Assembly (NCBI GenBank): GCA_965223355.1
Contig: CBDCWE010000003.1
Location: 4,833,804-4,897,803, forward strand
Source of the DNA: Hyphomicrobiaceae bacterium
GTDB taxonomy: Bacteria; Pseudomonadota; Alphaproteobacteria; Rhizobiales; Hyphomicrobiaceae
Length of the DNA: 64,000 nt
Direction: 5' to 3'
Position 1 is the first letter of the stretch; each line of letters opens with the position of its first letter. Under the pieces are notes generated by a model, which was not told the DNA's origin, did no database searches, and saw nothing but the letters and a program-made list of their open reading frames with translations. Below, in pieces: positions 10,634 through 18,730 of this stretch. The translations under genes were made by a program, and so were the position numbers.

Positions 10634-11038
10634 CGGCGGCATTATATCAGCCCGCAATGCGGATCTGTGGATCGTGCCACGCAAGCCTCGGTTATTCAGA
10701 TGTTCGAATATAAAGCTGGAACATGCTGGCGCATTGCGGTCTATGGGGCCTCCGCGCTCCACCCGTCGCAACAACCGCCGGTAAAGCGGCATGAAATGGA
10801 AAACCAGATGGTCGTCTCAAGCTAAAGATGGTCCGAACAACCCGGCAGGGACCAGATCGTCGAAGCCGCCGTAAACAGCAGTTTTCCATAGTGCCTTGGG
10901 AAAAGCACACCAAGGCGAAGCCGAAGGACCTTTTCACAGGCGACGCGCTGTTGTCTTTTTATATCAGATTCTGGCGGCGGCAGCGAACGGGCGGCGCCCT
11001 GAAGGTTCACATCCAATCCCAACGTCGGGCGCGCCGCC

Positions 11039-13153
11039 CTATCCCGCTTTGCCCGCGATTTTGAGCGCAAAGGCAAACTCGACGGCGGCTTCGCGCAGGG
11101 CTTCGAAGCGGCCCGAGGCTCCGCCATGGCCGGCGTCCATATTGGTCTTGAGCAGGATGAGATTGTCGCTGGTCGAAAACTCGCGCAGTTTGGCAACCCA
11201 CTTGGCCGGTTCCCAGTAGGTCACGCGCGGATCGGTCAGACCGGCGAGCGCGAAGATGTGCGGATAGGCCTTCGCCTCGACGTTGTCGTAGGGCGAATAG
11301 GACTGGATCGTGTTGAAATCGTCCGCCGAGACAATCGGATTGCCCCATTCCGGCCATTCCATCGGAGTGAGCGGCAAGTCCTTGTCGAGGATGGTATTGA
11401 GCGTGTCGACAAACGGAACGTTGGCAATGATGCCGAGAAACAGATCGGGTGCCATGTTGGCGATCGCGCCCATCAACAGACCGCCGGCAGAGCCGCCATT
11501 TGCGACAATGCGGCCGCGCCGGGTATAGCCGCGTTCGACCAGAAACTCGGCGCAGTCGATAAAATCGGTGAAGGTGTTGGGCTTGTGTTGGCGTTTGCCG
11601 TCGGTGTACCAGCGGTAGCCCATGTCCTTGCCGCCGCGAACATGGGCGATGGCGTAAACAAAGCCGCGGTCGACAAGGCTGAGGCGCGCGGTGGAAAAAC
11701 TTGCCGGGATTGAAATACCGTAGCTGCCATAGCCGTAAAGCAGCGTTGGTGCGGAGCCGTCGAGGGCGGTATCCTTGTGGTAGAGGATGGTAACCGGCAC
11801 GTCCTTGCCGTCCCTGGCTTTGGCAAACAGCCGATCGGTGACGTAGTCGGCCGGATCGTGACCACTCGGCACTTCCTGGGTTTTGCGCAACACCCGCGCG
11901 CGGCTGTCCATGTCGTAGTCGAACACCTGCGTCGGCGTCGTCATCGAGGAATAGGTGAAGCGGATCGCGGTCGTGTCAAACTCGTATCCGGCCGACATAC
12001 CCAGACCATAAGCTGCTTCTTCGAACGCGATTTCGTGTTCCTGATTATCGGCGAGACGGCGAATGACGATCCGCGGCAGTGACCGACATCGTTCAAGGCG
12101 CACCATGTGACCGGCGAGCATGACGAGGCTCAGGATCAGCGTGCCGGCATTGTGCGGGATCAGCTCGCGCCAGTTTTCGAACTTCGGATCGTCGACCGGT
12201 GCGGTGCAGACACGGAAATCCTCTGCCCCGTTCGAGTTGGTGAGAAAGTAGAGCGTATCGCCGTGATGTTCGACGGCATACTGATGCTTGTCCATGCGCG
12301 GCAAGATCAGGCGCGGCGTGGCTTTGGCATCGTCGGCATCGAGCAGATAGACCTCGCTGGTCTCATGATCGGACACATCGATCAGGATGAAGGCGCCGGA
12401 CTGGGTTTCGCCGAGATGGAGATAGTAGCCGCCATCGTCCTGGTGAAAGACGAGCTCATCGTCTTTCGGTGATGTGCCAATGACATGGCGAAAGATGTCG
12501 AGCGGTCGGTGATTGTCATCAAGGCGGGTGTAGTAGAACGTCTTGCTGTCGCGCGCCCACACGACACCGCCGCCGGTGCCGGTGATTTCGTCTGCAAGTT
12601 CGCCGCCGGTCTCAAGGTCGCGAACGCGGATGGTGTAGTATTCCGAACCGTTGGTGTCGGTGCCATAGGCCAGCCATTTGTGATCGGGACTGTGGTCGGC
12701 GCCGCCCAACTGCCAGTAAGCCTGTCCCTCGGCCTCCTTGTTGCCATCGAGCAGCACGACCTGATCGCCGCCGTCGCGCGGTTGGCGGCACAGCAGAGGA
12801 TACTGGCCGCCGGTCACGAACCTCGTGGAGTAGGCCCATGGACCATCGGGCGCGGGAACCGAACTGTCGTCTTCCTTGATCCGCGCCTTCATTTCCTGGA
12901 ATAGCGTTTCCTGGAGCGCGTCCGTATCCGCCATCACCGACTTGGTGTAGGCGTTCTCGGCTTCGAGATGGGCGCGGATGTCGGCCGGCAAGGTCGCCGG
13001 GTCGCGCATTGCGTCCTGCCAGTTAGCCGCGCGCAACCAGTGATAGTTGTCGGTGAGTTCAATGCCGTGCCAGGTCGACGTCACGGGGACCTTGCGGGCA
13101 ACGGGCGGTTGGCTGGCAGCTAGCGACATAACGGCTCCGTGCAGGGGTTTCAA
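11039..13153 (-). CDS. ptrB: oligopeptidase B (S9A prolyl oligopeptidase family)
   Basis: DNYHWLR near the N-terminus, catalytic serine motif GGSAGGLLMG, and a C-terminal NMDAGHGG. An alternative start is at 13129. Confidence 0.85.
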   Translation of the reverse strand: MKPLHGAVMSLAASQPPVARKVPVTSTWHGIELTDNYHWLRAANWQDAMRDPATLPADIRAHLEAENAYTKSVMADTDALQETLFQEMKARIKEDDSSVPAPDGPWAYSTRFVTGGQYPLLCRQPRDGGDQVVLLDGNKEAEGQAYWQLGGADHSPDHKWLAYGTDTNGSEYYTIRVRDLETGGELADEITGTGGGVVWARDSKTFYYTRLDDNHRPLDIFRHVIGTSPKDDELVFHQDDGGYYLHLGETQSGAFILIDVSDHETSEVYLLDADDAKATPRLILPRMDKHQYAVEHHGDTLYFLTNSNGAEDFRVCTAPVDDPKFENWRELIPHNAGTLILSLVMLAGHMVRLERCRSLPRIVIRRLADNQEHEIAFEEAAYGLGMSAGYEFDTTAIRFTYSSMTTPTQVFDYDMDSRARVLRKTQEVPSGHDPADYVTDRLFAKARDGKDVPVTILYHKDTALDGSAPTLLYGYGSYGISIPASFSTARLSLVDRGFVYAIAHVRGGKDMGYRWYTDGKRQHKPNTFTDFIDCAEFLVERGYTRRGRIVANGGSAGGLLMGAIANMAPDLFLGIIANVPFVDTLNTILDKDLPLTPMEWPEWGNPIVSADDFNTIQSYSPYDNVEAKAYPHIFALAGLTDPRVTYWEPAKWVAKLREFSTSDNLILLKTNMDAGHGGASGRFEALREAAVEFAFALKIAGKAG

Positions 13154-13265
13154 TGGCGTCTATGACGTCTACGACGTCTATGACTTCTATCATAAAGTTG
13201 ATCTCAGGAAGTTGATCTCAGGCTTGGCGAGCAATGTCGTGAGATGGTGCGGCACGGCGCACAAA

Positions 13266-13404
13266 CCAGATCATCGTGCTTTAAGTTGGAACCGCTATTG
13301 CGGTTCCAACTTAAAGCACGAAGATGATCGCCACTTTAGAGGCGAGCAACTTTCTGCCTTTATTCGGGATCGTTCCGATTCCGAATAAAGGCAGGTTGCT
13401 CTAG
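13266..13404 (-). repeat. A-type double-hairpin element, copy A1
   Basis: Near-identical to 29969-30107, 35639-35777 and 44741-44879. It has a 20-bp perfect stem (GTGCTTTAAGTTGGAACCGC) plus a long second hairpin (CTGCCTTTATTCGG...) and ends in CTAG. Confidence 0.9.
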
Positions 13405-13759
13405 TCGCGGCCGCGGCCGCGCCAATTCGCAGCACAACGGCTGATCTTTCCATGTTCTGCACCCCCAGAACGTGCCGACCGATCCCGACCCGCGCCCGTT
13501 ACGACTGCAACGATCGATTTGCGATCATCGCCGCCGCATCACGAGCGAACCGTTCGATCGTGTTCCGGACGAACAAGCGTTGCTCCACCTCTCACCAGGG
13601 ACATATGTCTGGTCCGGAACACGAGATCATTTCACGTTGCGCTGGAGCCTTCCCGCTCCCCCGTCCGACCACTCACAGGCAGGATCTGATGGTGGTCGGG
13701 CGAAGGCCCGGAGCACAACGGGCCGGCCGATGCACACCCGCCCAAGGCGGCATTGGCTT

Positions 13760-13864
13760 AGAGCATTTTTCGTTTATACGGTATCACGAAAAGTGCTCTA
13801 TCTGTTTGTTTTCACGCATATTCTTATCCAAAAAGTGCGCGCACTTTTCGGGAATATGCTCTAG
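13760..13864. other. two AT-rich hairpins ending in GCTCTAG, immediately 3' of the GYD gene (possible terminator)
   Basis: AGAGCATTTTTCG...CGAAAAGTGCTCT (13760-13799) and AAAAGTGCGCGCACTTTT (13831-13848). The final CTAG carries the TAG stop of the GYD gene. Confidence 0.35.
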
Positions 13865-14190
13865 CCGGCACCCTTGTAGGACGCGGCGAGAGATTTCGCT
13901 TTCGACATCGCCGACATCGCTTCTGACGACGTCATCAGTTTGGTTGTGGCGCCGCCGGACATCGCACCCGATGCACCGAGCACCAAGGAGCAGGCGGCTA
14001 TGGTCGTGTCATCCGGTGCCTCGATGATCGCCACGACGTCATCGCTACCGAAACTGAAGTAGAACTGGACCAGCTTGCCGCCGGCCGCCTCTACAAACTC
14101 GCGCGCCGCCGTCTCGCGATCCTGGGGGTTTTCAACCATGGCTTTCAATGAGCCTGTCGCATAACGTCCCTGAAACATGTAATACGCCAT
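13861..14190 (-). CDS. GYD-domain protein
   Basis: Start trimmed to MAYYMFQGRYATGSLKAM. The size (109 aa) and the GYD-like N-terminus fit the family. Confidence 0.7.
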   Translation of the reverse strand: MAYYMFQGRYATGSLKAMVENPQDRETAAREFVEAAGGKLVQFYFSFGSDDVVAIIEAPDDTTIAACSLVLGASGAMSGGATTKLMTSSEAMSAMSKAKSLAASYKGAG

Positions 14191-14396
14191 CACTTTACTC
14201 CTCATCAATCGTTGAGCAGTTCGTGCCACCACGTTGCGCGGATGGCAGATCCGGAGCTTAGAGCGAGTTCAACTGAAATAGAAGCATTTCTATTGCGCAA
14301 GCGGCCGCGGCCCGGGGTCTCGCGCGGCGGGTGCGCGGCCCCGGTTGGCGCCGACGACGAGCGGCAGACCAAACCGGACGCAACCAGCGGGCCTCG

Positions 14397-14807
14397 TCAC
14401 GCCGCCTCGAACTCCAGCACTATGCCATTGATGCAATAGCGCCTGCCGGTTGGCGGCGGTCCGTCAGGAAAGACGTGGCCGAGATGGGCCTCGCAGGTCG
14501 CGCAGCGCACTTCGGTGCGGCGCATAAACAATGACCGATCATCGTGTTCGGTGACGGCGGCTTCGTCAATCGGGCGGGTGTAGCTTGGCCAGCCGGAGCC
14601 GGAATCGAATTTGTCATCGGACTTGAACAGGGCGGCACCGCAGCCAACGCACTTGAACATGCCCGGACGTTTCTCATCGTTGAGGGGGCTTGTGAAGGCG
14701 CGCTCGGTGCCGTGCTCGCGGGCGACGTAGTACTGTTCCGGGGTCAGCACCTGGCGCCACTGGGCTTCAGATTTTTGAACCTGTGGCCGCGATGTGGTGT
14801 TGCTCAT
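14397..14807 (-). CDS. msrB: peptide-methionine (R)-S-oxide reductase
   Basis: Two CxxC pairs (CVGCG, CATCE), GWPSY, and the catalytic RYCINGI. A GAGGAGG RBS lies just upstream. Confidence 0.9.
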   Translation of the reverse strand: MSNTTSRPQVQKSEAQWRQVLTPEQYYVAREHGTERAFTSPLNDEKRPGMFKCVGCGAALFKSDDKFDSGSGWPSYTRPIDEAAVTEHDDRSLFMRRTEVRCATCEAHLGHVFPDGPPPTGRRYCINGIVLEFEAA

Positions 14808-14825
14808 AATCGCCTCCTCGAACAT

Positions 14826-14925
14826 CTAGTGGTCGGCATCGGAACGATCCCAAATATAGGCAGAAGATTGCGCGATGCCAAAGTGGCGATCACCCTTGTG
14901 TCGTAAGTGGGAACCGCTAAACAAG
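14826..14925 (+). repeat. A-type element, degenerate/truncated copy
   Basis: GGCATCGGAACGATCCCAAATATAGGCAGAAGATTGCGCG...AAGTGGCGATCACCCTTGTG aligns with the central part of the A consensus. It begins with CTAG 18 nt upstream of the msrB ATG. Confidence 0.6.
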
Positions 14926-14928
14926 TCA

Positions 14929-15085
14929 CCGGTTGCCAAAGGGCAATGCCCTTTGGCGGGATTGTTAAGGGCCGAGCCCTTAACATATCGCCGCGTTGCG
15001 GCGATCTTTGAGGGGCTTGTCCGCCCCTCAAACACCCCGACCAGGGGTTGGACCCCTGGACCTCGGACTCATTCAGAGGTTCCCT
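14929..15085 (-). repeat. B-type five-hairpin mosaic element, copy B2 (H5 to H1 on + strand)
   Basis: CCAAAGGGcaatGCCCTTTGG, GTTAAGGGccgaGCCCTTAAC, ATCGCCGCgttGCGGCGAT, GAGGGGCttgtccGCCCCTC and CCAGGGGttggaCCCCTGG, then the CAGAGGTT linker. Confidence 0.85.
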
Positions 15086-15176
15086 CGGTTCGTGTGCGAT
15101 ATTTGGTTCTGCGGCGGCGATCGCACCTGATGCCGTGGATTTCAACGGTGCGCCCGGGCCGGCGGGTCGATACCCG

Positions 15177-16871
15177 TTACCGGAAATAGAACAGGATCAG
15201 ATATCCGCCGAGCATAACCGTCGCCCAAAACGCCATTGTGCCGGTTGGCCAGGTCCGTCCCAGCACGCTGTCGGTCGAGTGATGCTCGTTCAACCAGCGC
15301 TCGAACTGACCGGCGAGGCCGGCCACCGATGCCGACACCGTCGCCCACGCCTGGGCGGCGAGCAGCATCACGGTGGCGCCGACGTTGTAGGCCAGTTTGC
15401 GGTAGAACCAGTCGGTGTCGAGATTGGTGGATTTCAGTTCCGGCGGGTAGATGCCGGTGCGCATCAGAACCGTAAACGCGAGCGCCGAAAAGATCAGCAA
15501 CTGCAGCTGGGTGACGACGTGCTCCAGGGTGTAGGGTGCGTATTTCACCTTGTACGGCAGAATCGCATAGAGCGCATCGGAATAGACGCCGATGCCAATG
15601 CACAGTGCAGCGGCAATGCCCATTGCGACCAACATGTTGAGCGGCGCTTCCTTGCACCGTTTGCCGCTGTCGTGGGCGAAGAAGGCGAAGTACGGGATCT
15701 TGATGCCCGAATGGTGGAAGACGCCGGCGCTGGCGAACAGCAGCACCAGCCAGGTCCAGAAATACTCGCCCTTGAGCGCTTCGGTCATGATCAGCGATTT
15801 CGAGACGAAACCGGAGAACAACGGGAACGCCGAGATCGAGGCGGCGCCGACCATGCAGAAGCCGGCGGTCCACGGCATAGAGCGATAAAGCCCGCCGAGT
15901 TCGGAGCCTTTGACGGTGCCGACGCGATAGAGGACCGCGCCCATCGACATAAACAGCAGCGCCTTGTAGATGATGTGGCAGAACGCGTGGGCCGCAGCGC
16001 CGTTGACCGCCATCTCGGTGCCGATACCGATACCGACGACCATAAAGCCCAACTGGTTGTTGAGCGAATAGGCCAGGACGCGGCGTAAATCGTTCTCGAT
16101 CACGGCGTAAAAGATCGGAAACGCGGTCATGGTGGCGCCGATCGGGATCAGAATATCGGTGCCGGCATAACCGCGGGCGAGCGCATAAACCGCCAGCTTG
16201 GTGGTGAATGCAGACAACATCACGGTGCCGGTCACCGTTGCTTCGGGGTATGAATCCTGCAGCCAGTTGTGCAACAGCGGAAATGCGCACTTGATGCCGA
16301 ATGCGACCAAAATAATCTGGCCCGCGAGCGTCTCAATGCCGATCGCATTGAAGGCGATAGAGCCGCTCTCTCGATAGTACATCAAAATGCCGGCGAGCAG
16401 GATGACGCCGGAGCCGATCTGAATGATCAAATAGCGCTGGCCGGAGCGGTAGGCCTGGTCGGTGCGGGAGGCCCATATCAGGAACACCGAGGCGATCGCG
16501 GTTAGTTCCCAGAACACAAACAGGGTGACGAGATCGCCGGCAAAGGCCGCGCCAACCGCGCTGCCAGCGTAAATCATACCGGCGGTGTGCTGGACCCAGT
16601 CGCCGACGTGCAGGGCATAAATCACGCCCAGAAAAGTGGCGATCAGGAAGATGTATCCAAAAACCAGGCTCAACTTGTCGACCCGTGTGGTGATCAGGGC
16701 CAGATCGAACAGCTGAATTTGACCGAGTTCGCCGATCGGCAGGCCGAGCAAATGAACGAACGCGGCAATCGGCACGGCAAGCATGTAAACGCTGCGCACA
16801 ACGCCCGCCAGCAGCGGGATCAGCAGCGCGCCGACGATAAGGATGATGCCGGGGTTCAACTCACTGATCAT
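15177..16871 (-). CDS. mnhD: Mrp/NuoLMN-type antiporter-like subunit (MnhD family), third copy
   Basis: 564-aa polytopic protein of the proton-conducting membrane transporter type. Last gene of the overlapping mrp-like operon. Confidence 0.8.
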   Translation of the reverse strand: MISELNPGIILIVGALLIPLLAGVVRSVYMLAVPIAAFVHLLGLPIGELGQIQLFDLALITTRVDKLSLVFGYIFLIATFLGVIYALHVGDWVQHTAGMIYAGSAVGAAFAGDLVTLFVFWELTAIASVFLIWASRTDQAYRSGQRYLIIQIGSGVILLAGILMYYRESGSIAFNAIGIETLAGQIILVAFGIKCAFPLLHNWLQDSYPEATVTGTVMLSAFTTKLAVYALARGYAGTDILIPIGATMTAFPIFYAVIENDLRRVLAYSLNNQLGFMVVGIGIGTEMAVNGAAAHAFCHIIYKALLFMSMGAVLYRVGTVKGSELGGLYRSMPWTAGFCMVGAASISAFPLFSGFVSKSLIMTEALKGEYFWTWLVLLFASAGVFHHSGIKIPYFAFFAHDSGKRCKEAPLNMLVAMGIAAALCIGIGVYSDALYAILPYKVKYAPYTLEHVVTQLQLLIFSALAFTVLMRTGIYPPELKSTNLDTDWFYRKLAYNVGATVMLLAAQAWATVSASVAGLAGQFERWLNEHHSTDSVLGRTWPTGTMAFWATVMLGGYLILFYFR

Positions 16872-17181
16872 AGTAGTTCTCTGGCTTCATCAATAGGACC
16901 CGCAGCATTTTGGCCGCGATCACCAGCCCGACGCAGGCGACAAACCCGTAGAATGCGTAGAAGCCCCAGACATGCTCGATCGCGAACGGCCCGTGCTTGT
17001 GGACAAAGGGATCGATCACGACGAGCAGCGCGCACAGCGCATAAAGCGCGTAGACAATGCGGTCGACGTTCTTGGGATCATCAATCCAGGTGCGCTCGTG
17101 CGCCGGCGTCACGAACGCCCCGTGCGCATCATCGCCCCCGTGGGCATCGTGGGCAGCGTTGCTGTGGTTGTCATCGGCCAT
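16861..17181 (-). CDS. small membrane protein with His/Asp-rich N-terminus (unassigned Mrp-cluster subunit)
   Basis: Start MADDNHSNAAHDAHGGDDAHG, followed by two predicted TM helices. It overlaps both flanking D-like genes by 11 nt. Confidence 0.6.
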   Translation of the reverse strand: MADDNHSNAAHDAHGGDDAHGAFVTPAHERTWIDDPKNVDRIVYALYALCALLVVIDPFVHKHGPFAIEHVWGFYAFYGFVACVGLVIAAKMLRVLLMKPENYYDQ

Positions 17182-18730
17182 GGACAAGGCCTCCTTCGAC
17201 AAGACTTGTCTTGAGCAGCGCGGACGGTGCCTCGGCGGCGGCCGGCGGTTTCAAATCAATGAGCGCTGCGAGTTCGTAGACGTGACCGCCAAACAAGAAC
17301 AACAGCAAGCAGCCGAAAGCTGTGAGGCAAATCGGAATGACGCAGGCGATCGGGGCTTCTGCGATCTTCACCGGCGTGGCATCGTCGGTCCCGGGCAGCG
17401 GCTTGAAGAACGCCCGCGACACGATCGGCAAGAGGTAGGCGACGTTCAACAACGATGAGATCATGAACACCGCGACGGCGAATTGGTAGCCGGCATCGAG
17501 CGCGCCGATCGCCAGGAACCATTTGCTCCAGGTGCCGCCGAAGGGCGGTAGTCCGATGATACTGAGCGAGGCGATCAGGAAGGCAAACATCGTGACCGGC
17601 ATCAAGCGGCCAATGCCGTCCAGTTCGTCGACCTCGGTTTTGTGGTGGGCGACGTAGATGGCGCCGGCGCACATGAACAGCGTGATTTTGCCAGCCGCAT
17701 GCATGACGATATGCATGGCCCCGCCGGTGACGCTCGCCGCCGTAGCAAGCGCCGCGCCGAGCACGATGTAGGCGAGCTGGCTGACCGTGGAATAGGCAAG
17801 CCGTGCCTTCAGATTGTTCTGGTTCATGGCGACGACGGAGGCGGCGATCAGGCAGAACGACGAGAAATAGACGAGCCACTCGGTCTGGCCGCTGGCCGCG
17901 AGAAAATCGATGCCGAAGGTATAGACGATCACCTTGAGCACGGTGAAGACCCCGGCCTTGACGACCGCAACGGCATGCAACAGCGCGCTGACCGGTGTTG
18001 GCGCAACCATCGCCGAGGGCAGCCAGAAGTGGAACGGCATCAAGGCGGCCTTGCCAATGCCGAAGGCGAACAGGGCGAGCAGCAAGGCCAACGGCGCGCC
18101 GTCAACCTTGCCGGCGAGGATGCCGCCCGCTGTGAAGTCCAGCGTGCCTGCAAGGGCATAGGTGATGATGATCGCCGGCAACAGCAGCACCATCGACGTG
18201 CCAAGCAGGAGGAGGATGTAGGTGCGGGCGCCGTGCCTGGCTTCCTCGTTACCCTTGTGTGCGACCAGCGGGTAGGTCGAAAGCGTCAGGATTTCGTAGA
18301 AGATAAAGAGCGTAAAGAGGTTCTTCGAGAATGCGAGGCCAATCGTGCTGGAAATGGCAACCGCAAAGCAAACATAGAACGATGTCTGGCGTGGCTCGTT
18401 GTGGCCGCGCATATAGCCGATCGAATAGATCGAATTGATGATCCACAAGGTCGAGGCAACCAGGCCGAACAGCAAGCCGAGCGGTTCGACCCTGAAGGCG
18501 ATGCCAAATCCCGCGACGATGTCGAAACTGATGCTCTCAGGCCGCTCGCCATTGATAATGTGCGGCGTGAGATCAAGCACCATCAACCACAGCAGCGCCG
18601 CGGCGCCGAGCGTCACCGTCTCGCGCAAATTCGGGACGCGGTGGAACACCGGGATCACAAACGCAGCCGCGAGCGGGATGACAATGGCTGCCAAAATCAG
18701 ATCGGACGGTGTGAGGCCGGTGAGGTTCAT
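17171..18730 (-). CDS. mnhD: Mrp/NuoLMN-type antiporter-like subunit (MnhD family), second copy
   Basis: 519-aa polytopic protein. It has a 4-nt overlap with the upstream D-like gene. Confidence 0.8.
   Translation of the reverse strand: MNLTGLTPSDLILAAIVIPLAAAFVIPVFHRVPNLRETVTLGAAALLWLMVLDLTPHIINGERPESISFDIVAGFGIAFRVEPLGLLFGLVASTLWIINSIYSIGYMRGHNEPRQTSFYVCFAVAISSTIGLAFSKNLFTLFIFYEILTLSTYPLVAHKGNEEARHGARTYILLLLGTSMVLLLPAIIITYALAGTLDFTAGGILAGKVDGAPLALLLALFAFGIGKAALMPFHFWLPSAMVAPTPVSALLHAVAVVKAGVFTVLKVIVYTFGIDFLAASGQTEWLVYFSSFCLIAASVVAMNQNNLKARLAYSTVSQLAYIVLGAALATAASVTGGAMHIVMHAAGKITLFMCAGAIYVAHHKTEVDELDGIGRLMPVTMFAFLIASLSIIGLPPFGGTWSKWFLAIGALDAGYQFAVAVFMISSLLNVAYLLPIVSRAFFKPLPGTDDATPVKIAEAPIACVIPICLTAFGCLLLFLFGGHVYELAALIDLKPPAAAEAPSALLKTSLVEGGLVHGR

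Noticed and set aside
10634-11038. 400-bp spacer after the RraA-like gene with several 60-120-aa ORFs (10692..10937, 10822..11196, 10828..11064)
   Set aside because: The ORFs overlap each other and the 3' end of ptrB. They are Arg-rich, and no RBS or motifs were seen. I could not support any CDS or RNA call, though a short hairpin CCTTGG-N10-CCAAGG is present.
13452-14027. 191-aa and 130-aa overlapping plus-strand ORFs in the 13.4-13.9 kb gap
   Set aside because: They are Arg/Pro/Ser/Thr-rich, overlap each other in different frames, and run antisense into the GYD gene. No motifs were recognised. The region is treated as non-coding or decayed (see findings).
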